Shown: positions 1-9,037 of the stretch, in pieces
How the letters are laid out: each line of letters begins with the position of its first letter
How positions within the stretch are numbered: position 1 is the stretch's first letter
Assembly: GCA_050329835.1 (NCBI GenBank)
Contig: JBHJOJ010000022.1
Location: 14,502-78,501 of the forward strand
DNA length: 64,000 nt
Reading direction: 5' to 3'
Source of the DNA: Kineosporiaceae bacterium
GTDB lineage: Bacteria; Actinomycetota; Actinomycetes; Actinomycetales; JBBAYJ01
Program-made: the position numbers and the translations under genes
Notes under the pieces: generated by a model
The model's database searches: none
The model's input: the letters and a program-made list of their open reading frames with translations, nothing else
Told to the model about the DNA's origin: nothing

Positions 1-37
1 ACGGGGGAGGTGCGCGGGGCGGGAGTAGCGTCGCGGG

Positions 38-472
38 GTGAGCAAGGGGAACGGCGACCGGGCGGTGCGGCAGCTGCGGCTGGTGGTCCACGCCGAGGAC
101 TACGACGCGGCGCTGCAGTTCTTCCGCGATGTCCTCGGCATGCCGGAGGAGGAGTCCTACGCCGGCGACGGCGGGGCCCGGGTGGCGATCCTCGATGCGG
201 GCCGGGCGACCGTGGAGCTCTCGAACCCGGCCCAGATCGACATGATCGACGAGGTCGAGGTGGGCCGCCGGGGCGTCGCCCCCCGGCTGCGGGTCGCCTT
301 CGAGGTCCCGGACGCGGCGGCCGCCACCGCGGCGGCCGAGCGGGGCGGGGCGGCGCTCGTCGCACCTCCGACCCGGACCCCGTGGCACTCCCTCAACAGC
401 CGGCTCGAGGCGCCCGCCGGCCTGCAGATCACCCTGTTCCAGGAACTGGGCGAGGATCCGGGTCCCGGCTGA
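38..472 (+). CDS. VOC/glyoxalase-family protein
   Basis: 144 aa. Paired beta-alpha-beta-beta-beta pattern (LRLVVHAEDYDAALQFFRDVLGM ... VAFEVPD). High GC3. GTG start is uncertain. Confidence 0.7.
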   Translation: MSKGNGDRAVRQLRLVVHAEDYDAALQFFRDVLGMPEEESYAGDGGARVAILDAGRATVELSNPAQIDMIDEVEVGRRGVAPRLRVAFEVPDAAAATAAAERGGAALVAPPTRTPWHSLNSRLEAPAGLQITLFQELGEDPGPG

Positions 473-1382
473 CCTCACGCAGCAGCCGGGCGAGCACGGC
501 ACCGGCGGCGACCGACAGCACGAGGAACGCCGCGAGCGGCCCTACGACCTCCCCCGCCGTCAGCCGCCCGCCCGCGACCGCCTGCCCGACCGTCCGGGCG
601 GCCGACAGCGGCGCGAGGGCCGTCGCGAGCGTCAGCACCGGCACGGCCGCCGCGTACCCGGCCGGTGACCCCCGGAGCAGGAGGACGCCGGCCGCGGCGG
701 CCGCCGGCGTGACCACCGCCAGGTCCAGGGTGTGGGTGACCGGGGTGGTGTACACGTCGAGCCGGCCCGGCACGTCGCCCGTCACCAGCGCCGCCACCAG
801 GTCGGCGCCCCACATCGCGACCAGGACGCCGGCCCCGGCCAGCGTCAGCAGTGCCGCCGCCCGCCGCGGCAGCCGGTCCAGCGGCAGCGTCGACACCGGG
901 AGGGTCGACACCGTGAGGACGAGCGCCCACAGCGCCGCGGCGAACGTCGCCACGTACACCGGGTACAGGGCGTTGTAGGCGATCGTGCCCAGCGCCACGC
1001 CGCCGAACACGTACGTGAACACGGCCAGCATCCCGGTCACCAGCAGGTGGCCGAGACGGCTGCCGCGCCGGTGCATCGCCGTCGCCACCAGCAGCAGGGG
1101 CACGCCGAGGACGAGCACGACGAGGTCGGTGCCGAGCTGTGTCCCCGCCGCGAAGGGCGTGTCGGACCCGTACAGGCCCTCGCCGACGAGGGAGACCGCC
1201 TCACCCCGGACGCTCGTCGCGCCGATGCCGGCCACCCCGGCGTCCCAGGACGACAGCCCGGCGGCGGACGTCGCCGCCGCCATCACCGCCACCGCCATGC
1301 CGAGGCCCATGACGAGTCCCCGGTGGTCGCGGTCGGCGGCCCCTGCGGTGCCCGGCCCGGTCGTCGCGCTCGTCAGGTCCAT
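429..1382 (-). CDS. Integral membrane protein, unknown function
   Basis: 317 aa with multiple hydrophobic helices. GAGGAG SD upstream of the ATG at 1382. Lies 16 nt downstream of the FAD dehydrogenase stop. Confidence 0.6.
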   Translation of the reverse strand: MDLTSATTGPGTAGAADRDHRGLVMGLGMAVAVMAAATSAAGLSSWDAGVAGIGATSVRGEAVSLVGEGLYGSDTPFAAGTQLGTDLVVLVLGVPLLLVATAMHRRGSRLGHLLVTGMLAVFTYVFGGVALGTIAYNALYPVYVATFAAALWALVLTVSTLPVSTLPLDRLPRRAAALLTLAGAGVLVAMWGADLVAALVTGDVPGRLDVYTTPVTHTLDLAVVTPAAAAAGVLLLRGSPAGYAAAVPVLTLATALAPLSAARTVGQAVAGGRLTAGEVVGPLAAFLVLSVAAGAVLARLLREVSRDPDPRPVPGTG

Positions 1383-1398
1383 GACGGATCTCCTCGCC

Positions 1399-3090
1399 TC
1401 ACGATGTCGCCGCCGCGGCGGCCCGGCCGGCGACCCGGCCGGAGAACAGGCAGCCGCCGAGGAACGTGCCCTCCAGTGACCGGTACCCGTGCATCCCGCC
1501 CCCGCCGAAGCCCGCCGCCTCGCCGGCGGCGAACAGCCCGGGCAGCGGGTCGCCGGCGACGGTGAGGACGCGCCCGGAGAGGTCGGTCTCGAGCCCGCCC
1601 AGGGTCTTGCGCGACAGCGGGCGCAGCCGGACCGCGACCAGCGGACCGGCGCCCGGGTCCAGCAGGCGGTGCGGCCGGGCCACCCGGATCAGCCGGTCGC
1701 CCAGGTAGCGCCGGGCCCCCCGGATCGCGGTGAGCTGGGCGTCCTTCCCGAAGGGGTTGGCCAGGGCGCGGTCGCGGCCATGGATCTGCCGCGCGACGGC
1801 GTCCGGGTCGAGCGGCGGCACCCCGCCCGTCACCGCGTTCATCCCGGCGACGAGTTCCCGGACGGTGCCGGCGGTGACGAAGTCCTCGCCCCGGTCGAGG
1901 AAGGCCCGGACCGGGGCCGGCGCGCCGGCGCGCACCCGCGACAGCACGCCCCGGACGTCCCGGCCGGTCAGGTCGGGGTTCTGCTCGGACCCCGACAGGG
2001 CGATCTCCTTCTCGGCGATCTCCCGGGTCATGACGAACCACGAGTGCGAGTGCCCGCTGCCCTGCAGGTGCGCCAGCGTCGCCAGGGTGTCGAAGCCAGG
2101 GAACAGCGGCGGGGGCAGCCGCCGGCCGGTGGCGTCCAGCCACAGGGCCGACGGGCCCGGCAGGATCCGGATCCCGTGCCGCGGCCACACCGGGGAGTGG
2201 TTGGCGACCCCCTCGGTGTAGTGCCACATCCGGTCGCCGTTGACCAGCCGGCCGCCGGCGGCCTCGACGATCCCCAGCATCCGCCCGTCGACGTGGGCCG
2301 GGACCCCGGACAGCATGTCCCGCGGCGGCGACCCGAGGCGCTGCGGCCACCGGGCGGCCACGAGGTCCGGGTCGCCGCCGAGCCCGCCGGCCGCGACGAC
2401 CACGGCCTGGGCGCGGATCTCGAACGATCCGGCGGCCTCGGAGCTGGTCGGGGCCCCGCGGGTGGCGGTGGTCGGGGCGAGCACGCTGCCGTGCACGCCG
2501 TCCACGGCTCCGGCGGTGGTGGTGAGCCCGTCGACCCGGTGTCGGAACCGCAGCTCGACCCGGCCCTCGGCGACGGCGCGGCGGACCAGGCGCTCGAACG
2601 GCTCCACGACGCCCGGGCCGGTGCCCCACGTGATGTGGAAGCGGGGGACGGAGTTGCCGGGGCCGCCCGCCGCCCCGCCGCCCCGCTCGGCCCACCCCAC
2701 CACCGGGAACCACCGCATCCCGAGCCCGTGCAGCCACGCCCGCTTCTCACCCGCCGCGAACTCGACGTACGCCCGGGCCCAGCGGGCGGGCCACCGGTCG
2801 TCCGGGTCACGGTCGAAGCCGGCCGTGCCCTCCCAGTCCTGCCAGGCGAGGTCGACGGAGTCCCGGACCCGCAGCCGGCGCTGCTCCGGGGAGTCGACGA
2901 GGAAGAGGCCCCCGAAGGACCACCATGCCTGGCCGCCGAGGTCCTGCTCGCCCTGCTGGTCGACGACGACGACCCGCCGTCCCGCCGCGGCCAGCTCGGC
3001 CGTCGCCACGAGACCAGCGAGGCCGGCCCCCACCACCACGGCGTCGGCGTCCACCCGCGTCACCCTCGACGACGCCGCCCCGCCGGTCAA
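1399..3090 (-). CDS. FAD-binding dehydrogenase (fumarate reductase/KstD-like flavoprotein)
   Basis: Rossmann dinucleotide motif DAVVVGAGLAGLVATAELAAAG near the N-terminus and C-terminal GLFAAGEAAGFGGGGMHG. Listed start is TTG; an alternative GTG lies at 3063. Confidence 0.8.
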   Translation of the reverse strand: MTGGAASSRVTRVDADAVVVGAGLAGLVATAELAAAGRRVVVVDQQGEQDLGGQAWWSFGGLFLVDSPEQRRLRVRDSVDLAWQDWEGTAGFDRDPDDRWPARWARAYVEFAAGEKRAWLHGLGMRWFPVVGWAERGGGAAGGPGNSVPRFHITWGTGPGVVEPFERLVRRAVAEGRVELRFRHRVDGLTTTAGAVDGVHGSVLAPTTATRGAPTSSEAAGSFEIRAQAVVVAAGGLGGDPDLVAARWPQRLGSPPRDMLSGVPAHVDGRMLGIVEAAGGRLVNGDRMWHYTEGVANHSPVWPRHGIRILPGPSALWLDATGRRLPPPLFPGFDTLATLAHLQGSGHSHSWFVMTREIAEKEIALSGSEQNPDLTGRDVRGVLSRVRAGAPAPVRAFLDRGEDFVTAGTVRELVAGMNAVTGGVPPLDPDAVARQIHGRDRALANPFGKDAQLTAIRGARRYLGDRLIRVARPHRLLDPGAGPLVAVRLRPLSRKTLGGLETDLSGRVLTVAGDPLPGLFAAGEAAGFGGGGMHGYRSLEGTFLGGCLFSGRVAGRAAAAATS

Positions 3091-3109
3091 GGCACCCCGC
3101 GGGCGCTGC

Positions 3110-4792
3110 TCACCCGCCGGCGGCCGCCGAACGCTCGGCCGGCACGTGGTCGAGGTCGGCGCTCAGCATCTCCATCTCCAGCACGGGCGGCGCGCCCCGG
3201 CGGAAGGCCGGCCACCGGCCCACCCGCAGCACCTGCCGCCGGCCGTCGCTGCCCTGCAGCCGCAGCCGGCCGTCGAGCGAGAGCGACATCTCCATCGGCC
3301 GCTGGGAGGTCACCGTCACCGGCAGGGACTCCCGGTCCTGGCCCCCCACCCGCAGCGGGACGTCGGATCCGTCGAGCCCGACCAGGCGGACCGCCGCGGG
3401 GCCCTCGGCCCGGACCGGCACGTCCCGCGTGGTGGCCTCGAACCCGAGCCGGCGATGGCCCGCCATCACCTGCTGCCACTCGTACAGGGGGGTCTGGGCC
3501 CGGTACAGGGTGTGGCGGTGGCTGGCGCCGGCCGCGTCCACCCACTCGAGGACCACGTCGAAGCCCGGCCGGTGCAGGGTCAGCCCGTGCTCGTCCGGGG
3601 AGGACGCCAGGCCGTGGGCGACCGAGTACGCAGGGGAGGTCACCGCCGGGTCGGTGGTCACCTCGGCGTCCCCGAACGTCTCCGCGAACCGGCGGCGGAC
3701 GGCGGGCACCTGCGACAGCCCGCCCGCGAGCAGGACCGCACCGATCCCGCCGGGCGCAGCGCTCTCGGACTCGCGCAGGTCCGCGGCCCGCACGGCCGCG
3801 TCGACGACGCGCATCGCCTCGTCGAGCTGCGGGCCGAACCGCTCCTCCAGGCGCGCCCGGGTGTAGACCACCTCGGGCAGCCACCAGTCGTCGTCCCCCA
3901 CCCTGACCGGGACCGCCTCCACCGTCGAGAGCCGGATCTTGGCCTGGCGGGCCGCGCGCTCGGCGAGCGCCTGGGCGGTCTCCGGGCGCGGGGCCGCCGC
4001 AAGGTCGGCGCCTGCCCGGCGCCAGTCGTCGGCCAGGTCGGCCACGATCGCGGCGTCCAGGGCGTCGCCGGCCCGGTGCAGCCCCACCGCGGACAGCACG
4101 CTGACGGCGGTGCGGCCATCGACGTCGCGGACGTCCAGCACCGCGACGTCGAGGGTGCCGCCGCCGTAGTCGAAGACGAGGACCCGCCCCTCGACCGGCC
4201 GGCCGGCGGCCTCCCGGGCGGCGACCCAGCCCACCCCGGCGGCGACCGGCTCGTCGACGAGCTCCGGGGAGGCGTTGCCCAGCCCGGCGCCCGCGGCGAT
4301 GGTCCGCAGCGTCCGCCGCTGTGCGGCGTCCCACTGGGCGGGACATCCGAGGCGCAGGGTCCCGACCGCGTCGAGGTCCACCCCGTGGCGGGCGGCGCGC
4401 TCCCCGGTCTCCCGGAGCAGGGTCCCGACGACCTCCTCGACCCCCACCTCGACCCGTTCGTCCCCGCGGCGCACCCAGACCGTGTCCTTCCGGGCACTGA
4501 TCTGGCGCTTGACCGACCGGATCGTCCGGGCAGCGGGGAGGCGGTCGGCGCGCTCCCCGGTCAGCAGCCGGCCGCGCGGGCTGTAGCCGGCCACGCTCGG
4601 CATCTCCGCCGTCGTGGCGCCGATCGGAAGGATCCCCGGGTCGCCGGACCCGTCGCGGACCGCGACGACCGTGGTGGATGTGCCGAAGTCCACCCCGACC
4701 GTGGCCGACGGCCGCCCGGGGTCGGGGCCGTCCTCACCCACGGTTGACGAGCCGGACCAGCGCTCGCTGGAGGACGACGACTTCCTCGCCAT
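3110..4792 (-). CDS. Hsp70-family actin-like ATPase with a non-canonical C-terminal domain
   Basis: Hsp70 NBD signatures: VGVDFGTSTTVVAV, VLVFDYGGGTLDVAVLDV, AVLLAGGLSQVPAVRRRF. The last ~180 aa are beta-rich and do not look like a DnaK substrate-binding domain or lid. The start may instead be GTG at 4741. Confidence 0.8.
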   Translation of the reverse strand: MARKSSSSSERWSGSSTVGEDGPDPGRPSATVGVDFGTSTTVVAVRDGSGDPGILPIGATTAEMPSVAGYSPRGRLLTGERADRLPAARTIRSVKRQISARKDTVWVRRGDERVEVGVEEVVGTLLRETGERAARHGVDLDAVGTLRLGCPAQWDAAQRRTLRTIAAGAGLGNASPELVDEPVAAGVGWVAAREAAGRPVEGRVLVFDYGGGTLDVAVLDVRDVDGRTAVSVLSAVGLHRAGDALDAAIVADLADDWRRAGADLAAAPRPETAQALAERAARQAKIRLSTVEAVPVRVGDDDWWLPEVVYTRARLEERFGPQLDEAMRVVDAAVRAADLRESESAAPGGIGAVLLAGGLSQVPAVRRRFAETFGDAEVTTDPAVTSPAYSVAHGLASSPDEHGLTLHRPGFDVVLEWVDAAGASHRHTLYRAQTPLYEWQQVMAGHRRLGFEATTRDVPVRAEGPAAVRLVGLDGSDVPLRVGGQDRESLPVTVTSQRPMEMSLSLDGRLRLQGSDGRRQVLRVGRWPAFRRGAPPVLEMEMLSADLDHVPAERSAAAGG

Positions 4793-5996
4793 GGGCCCAT
4801 GTATAGCCGGACCGGACGATGCGGACGGGTCGGTCGGCGAGTTCCGCCGGCCGAGCCGTCCGGGCGTCCGGTCCGTCCGGCCCGTCCGGTTCGCCCGAAC
4901 CGCCGCTGGGTTCCGACTTGTCGTCGAGGTCGTCGTCGAGGTCGTCGTCGAGCAGCTCGTGGCGCTCCGGGTCGAGGAGCACCTCCTCGCCGTGCTCGCC
5001 GATGGGCCCGACCCCGTGACCCCGGGCCACGTCCGCCAGGTCGCGCCAGATCCCGCGGGGGTCCCGGGGCGGCGGCGGGTAGGACTGCAACTCCGTGAGC
5101 AGGGCGACGGCGGTGCGGGTGCCGTCGATCCGGGCCTGGCGGTGGCGCGCCTCGGCGATCCGGGTGGTGTCGATCCGGGTGGTGTCGATCCGGGCGGTGT
5201 CGATCCGGGCGGTGCCGAGGGGGACAGGGTCGGGAGCGTCGGCCGGCAGGACCGCGCCCCCGCAGCTGCGGCAGCCCCCGGCCGGGGCGGCAGCCCGGTC
5301 GAGGCGCGCCAGCAGGCCCACAGTCGCCTCCACGAGCCCCCGGGCCTGCGAGCCGCGTCGCCGTCCCGCCACCAGGAGCTCGACCACCAGGTCCAGCGTG
5401 GGAGGGCTCACGGTGGCGGCGGGGACGCGGTGGGCGAACTGGGCGGCGACCGCGACCGGATCCACCGGGGCGGACGTGCCCGTCGCGCCGCCCAGCGCTC
5501 CCGCCAGCGACCCGAGGACCTCCCGCAGTCTCGCGTCCAGGTCCGGATCGGCGGCGAGCCCGGCCCCGAGCCGCACGTAGAACGGCACCGGGCGCGGGGC
5601 CAGGGCGAGCACCCAGGCGACGTCGGGGCGTCCGGAGCCGGCGGCGGCCGCCGCCGTGGCGCCCAGCACCCGGTCCGCGAGTCGGGCGACGGCGGCGGCT
5701 GTGACCAGGGGTTCGGCGAGGGCCGCGGTCACCTCGTCCGGCTGGGGCCAGGCCGCGAGGTCCAGGGCGGCGGCCGCTGCGGCGGCGGGCACCCCGAGCC
5801 CTGTGCGGTCCAGCGAGCGGGACAGCCGGTCGCGGTCGGCGGGGGTGGCGGCGGGGGCGCCCGCGACGTGGTCGAGCAGCTCCGGCACCGGCAGCGACGT
5901 GAGGTCCGGGGCCGGCGCCGCCGGGCCGGCGCCGGCCGCGGGCCCGTCCCCTTCGGCGAGGAACTCGAGGAGGTCGCCCGTCTCGGCACGCAGCAC
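4734..5996 (-). CDS. Hypothetical Ala/Asp-rich repeat protein upstream of the Hsp70-like gene
   Basis: 420 aa with a GTG start and high GC3. Overlaps the Hsp70-like ORF. Contains in-frame repeats (TARID x4, DDDL x2-3, GPDGPD). No domain recognised. Confidence 0.55.
   Translation of the reverse strand: MLRAETGDLLEFLAEGDGPAAGAGPAAPAPDLTSLPVPELLDHVAGAPAATPADRDRLSRSLDRTGLGVPAAAAAAALDLAAWPQPDEVTAALAEPLVTAAAVARLADRVLGATAAAAAGSGRPDVAWVLALAPRPVPFYVRLGAGLAADPDLDARLREVLGSLAGALGGATGTSAPVDPVAVAAQFAHRVPAATVSPPTLDLVVELLVAGRRRGSQARGLVEATVGLLARLDRAAAPAGGCRSCGGAVLPADAPDPVPLGTARIDTARIDTTRIDTTRIAEARHRQARIDGTRTAVALLTELQSYPPPPRDPRGIWRDLADVARGHGVGPIGEHGEEVLLDPERHELLDDDLDDDLDDKSEPSGGSGEPDGPDGPDARTARPAELADRPVRIVRSGYTWAHGEEVVVLQRALVRLVNRG
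5157..5216. repeat. 15-bp tandem repeat x4 (gatccggg[t/c]ggtg[t/c]c) inside the CDS
   Basis: Four consecutive 15-nt units read directly from the sequence. They encode TARID/TTRID on the minus strand. Confidence 0.9.
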
Positions 5997-6296
5997 GCGA
6001 TGCAGCGTAGGCGGCGCACCCGACCGCTGTCGGTACGCCGCCGGGGTCCGATCGGCGCGGCCGTGACGGTCTTCCCCGGCAGCGGCGGAGACGCCTGTCC
6101 ACTTCGTGGACGTTCCTCACGTAATGTCTGGAAGTACACGCAGAAAGTGACCGTTCGACTGGTGCATACCGGCCGCGGAGGGCTTAGCGTCGTCCTCGCC
6201 CCCGCGCTCCGCCCCGCGGGTTCCGCCGACGGCGACGGTTCTCGCGGGGCGGGCGGGGGCGCCAGACACCTCCCGTGCGGCCCGACCGCGATCGCG

Positions 6297-6460
6297 TCAG
6301 TCCCACCAGAGACCGACGACCTCTCCCGGTGGCGAGACCTCCAGCAGGGTGGTGCCGCCAGCCCGGGCCGCCAGCCACCGCGCGGGCGGCTGGGCGTTCC
6401 AGCAGCCCGGCCAGGGTCGCCCCGCCGCCGTCGGTCACGACCGACAGCCTCGCACCGGCC
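6297..6460 (-). pseudogene. Possible frameshifted remnant paralogous to the 6824..7321 ORF
   Basis: A short frame ends ...TTLLEVSPPGEVVGLWWD*, mirroring the C-terminus ...RISRGELVGLWWP* of the neighbouring ORF. The upstream coding-like stretch (ARLSVVTDGGGATLAGLLE) is in a different frame, and no start codon is present. Confidence 0.3.
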
Positions 6461-6530
6461 CGCACCGGCCCGGCCCGGCCCGGCCCGCGGTCCGCCGGCC
6501 ACGAGGGATCCCGGCCCCGGGTCCGGCCGG

Positions 6531-6710
6531 TCAGCCGATCCGCAGGTCGATGCCGAGGAACAGCAGCGGCCACAGCAGGATCGCCAGCACTGCGGATCCC
6601 ACGGAGGCCAGCAGGTCGGACGTGACGTAGCCCCGCACGATGGCCATCACGACGCCCACCACGAGCCAGAGGGCAAGTCCGAGGGAGATGCCCCGCCGCC
6701 GCTTGAACAT
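6531..6710 (-). CDS. Small two-helix membrane protein (59 aa)
   Basis: ATG at 6710 preceded by AGGAGG at the proper spacing. Sequence MFKRRRGISLGLALWLVVGVVMAIV...LAILLWPLLFLGI. The rest of the listed 200-aa ORF lacks support. Confidence 0.6.
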   Translation of the reverse strand: MFKRRRGISLGLALWLVVGVVMAIVRGYVTSDLLASVGSAVLAILLWPLLFLGIDLRIG

Positions 6711-6823
6711 GTCCGGTCCTCCTGTCGATGAGGCGGCCGGTCGCCCACCACGCCGTGGATGCGTCGTGACGCCGGTGCGGGGAGGAGTCTGGCGCGAACG
6801 GACGATCAGGGCATCCCGGCGGA

Positions 6824-7321
6824 TCACGGCCACCACAACCCCACCAGCTCCCCCCGGGAGATCCGCCCGGCCAGGGCGCGCCCCGGTCCCTTCCACGTGA
6901 CGTCGGGCGACTCGCCCGAGTCGTACACCTCGCCGATCGCGGTGCCGAGGGCGCCGGGGTCGCCGGGGGATCCGTCGTCCGGGTCCCGCCACCCGGCGGA
7001 GACCACACGCAGCAGGTCGTGGCGGCGGGCACGTCGCACCACGAGTCCGTCCACCCGCAGGAGCCCGGGCCCGTGCTCGGTCACGAAACCCGCGAGCCGC
7101 CCCCCGAGCCGATCCGCGACGCCGACCAGCCACCGGGGCGGCGGTCGCCCGTCCGGCGGGCGCCGCGGGAGCTCCGCCTCCGACAGGGTGAGGGCACAGG
7201 CGACGACCCCGGGCGGGGCGTCGTGGAACCGCCAGCCCGCCTGGGCGGCCCCCGGCGGGGGGCGCCCGGGCGGGGCCGTCGGCCGCCGGTACGGGGCGAG
7301 AAGGCGAGCCGCGGGTGTCAT
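6824..7321 (-). CDS. Hypothetical protein
   Basis: 165 aa with uniformly high GC3 across the frame. No recognisable domain and no clear SD. Confidence 0.5.
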   Translation of the reverse strand: MTPAARLLAPYRRPTAPPGRPPPGAAQAGWRFHDAPPGVVACALTLSEAELPRRPPDGRPPPRWLVGVADRLGGRLAGFVTEHGPGLLRVDGLVVRRARRHDLLRVVSAGWRDPDDGSPGDPGALGTAIGEVYDSGESPDVTWKGPGRALAGRISRGELVGLWWP

Positions 7322-7475
7322 GGCGAGGAGACTGGCGACCTGCGCGGGCGTCCGGCGCCGGCGCGGACCTCGCCTGTGGACCGAAGGACCGGACGGCAGT
7401 TGTGGACGAGCTCTCGCGCCCGATCGCGCCGGGCCGCCGGGCGGCCGCCGGACGCCGCCGGGGCCGCCGGACGCG

Positions 7476-8405
7476 TCAGGTCGCGCCGAGGACGTCCCTC
7501 GGCCGGTAGGCCGTCGCTCCGCGCCGGCGCCATTCGCGGGGGTAGCCGAGTGACACCTCGTGGAACGGCACCCCGTCGTGCACCGTGGTGCGCGGGACGT
7601 GCAGGTGGCCGTAGACCGCGGCGGCGGTGCGGAACCGCACGTGCCAGTCGGCGGTGAGCTCGGTGCCGCACCACTGGGCGAACTCCTGGTGGCGCAGGAT
7701 CCGGGTCGGGGCGCGCAGCAGCGGCCAGTGGTTGACGAGCACGAGCGGGACGTCCGGGTCGCACCCCGCCAGGCGCACCTCGGTGGCCCTGACCCGGGCC
7801 CGGCACCACTCCGACCGGCCGGCGTACGGGTCCGGATGGAGGAGGAACTCGTCTCGGGCGTACACCCCCGCCGCGCGTGCCACCGCCAGCGACTGCTCGG
7901 TCGTCGTGGTGCCGGGCGCCCGGAACGAGTAGTCGTACAGGAGCATGAGCGGGGCCACCCGGACCGGTCCGCCGGGGCCGGTGAAGACCGGGTACGGGTC
8001 CTCCGGCGTCACGACCCCGAGGGCGCGCGCCGCCTCGATCAGGTGCTCGTAGCGCTCGACCCCGCGCAGGGTCACCGGGTCCGAGGGGTGGGTCCACAGC
8101 TCGTGGTTGCCGGGCGTCCACACCACCGTGGCGAATCGCTCGCGCAGCCCGCCCAGGGTGCGCCGGAGGTCCTCGACCGTCTCGCAGACGTCCCCGGCGA
8201 CGATCAGCCAGTCGCCGGGCGAGGCGGGGCGCAGCGCGTCCACGTGGGGCCGGTTGTCCGCGTACCCGACGTGGAGGTCGCTGACGGCCAGCAGCCGCGG
8301 CGGGGGCACCGGCTCATCGGTCACGCGGTCAGGGTGCCCGGTGAGATCGGGACGGTGGGCGGCAGGGCCGCCGGTGACTTGCAAGCGAATGTTCCCTCGC
8401 TTCAT
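7476..8405 (-). CDS. Metallophosphoesterase (calcineurin-like)
   Basis: Motifs LAVSDLHVGY, IVAGDV, TPGNHE and GHLHVP. The true start may be GTG at 8324, which would leave a 113-bp divergent promoter region shared with the TetR gene. Confidence 0.8.
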   Translation of the reverse strand: MKRGNIRLQVTGGPAAHRPDLTGHPDRVTDEPVPPPRLLAVSDLHVGYADNRPHVDALRPASPGDWLIVAGDVCETVEDLRRTLGGLRERFATVVWTPGNHELWTHPSDPVTLRGVERYEHLIEAARALGVVTPEDPYPVFTGPGGPVRVAPLMLLYDYSFRAPGTTTTEQSLAVARAAGVYARDEFLLHPDPYAGRSEWCRARVRATEVRLAGCDPDVPLVLVNHWPLLRAPTRILRHQEFAQWCGTELTADWHVRFRTAAAVYGHLHVPRTTVHDGVPFHEVSLGYPREWRRRGATAYRPRDVLGAT

Positions 8406-8437
8406 GATGCGAGAGACCCTTCGCTTCGGGAGAGATC

Positions 8438-9037
8438 ATGACGCGCCCGTACCTCGCAGCCGCCGAGCGCCGCGCGCTCGTCCTCGACGCCACCGCCGCG
8501 CTCGCCGCCGAGCGCGGATTCCATGCCACCTCCGTCGATGACATCCGCCGGGCCGCCGGCCTCAGTGCCGGGGGGCTCTACCGCCACTTCCGCAGCAAGC
8601 GGGAGATCGTCATCGCCCTGGTGGCGCGGGACGCGGAGGAGACCGCCGCCCGCGTCACCGCGGCCGTGACCGCCGCGGGCTCGCCCGCGGACGCGGTGTC
8701 CGCCCTCGTCGACGCGCAGCTCGGCCCGCTGCGGGACCGGGCCGTGGCCGTCGTCCGGGCCGAGATCGTCGCCGTGGCGGCCCGGGACCCCGAGATCGCC
8801 CGGGCCGCCACCGACCACGACGACCGGATCTCCGCGGTGGCCCGCGACACCCTCGCCGCGGCCGCGGCGCCCGGCAGCCCCGCGGCCGCCTCCCCGGAGG
8901 CGGCCGTCGAGCTGCTCGCGACGGTCGTCGACGGGATCGCCGCCCGGTGCGCGATCCACGGGCGCTGGGAGGACGACTGGTCCGAGCTGGCGGGGGCCGT
9001 CGCCCGGTCCCTCGTCGAGGCGGGTGGGGCGGCATGA
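8438..9037 (+). CDS. TetR-family transcriptional regulator
   Basis: N-terminal HTH FHATSVDDIRRAAGLSAGGLYRHFRSKREI. Its stop overlaps the next start in an ATGA. Confidence 0.85.
   Translation: MTRPYLAAAERRALVLDATAALAAERGFHATSVDDIRRAAGLSAGGLYRHFRSKREIVIALVARDAEETAARVTAAVTAAGSPADAVSALVDAQLGPLRDRAVAVVRAEIVAVAARDPEIARAATDHDDRISAVARDTLAAAAAPGSPAAASPEAAVELLATVVDGIAARCAIHGRWEDDWSELAGAVARSLVEAGGAA

Noticed and set aside
8947-9033. N-terminal extensions of listed ORFs (for example 8947 for the DUF418 gene, 24804 for the SH3b gene, 41271 for MerR-AKR, 28743 for ArsR, 29741 for SPFH and 24868 for the helicase)
   Set aside because: The extensions have poor GC3, overlap upstream genes or lack an SD. Internal starts show an SD or ATGA/GTGA coupling and match family-typical N-termini.
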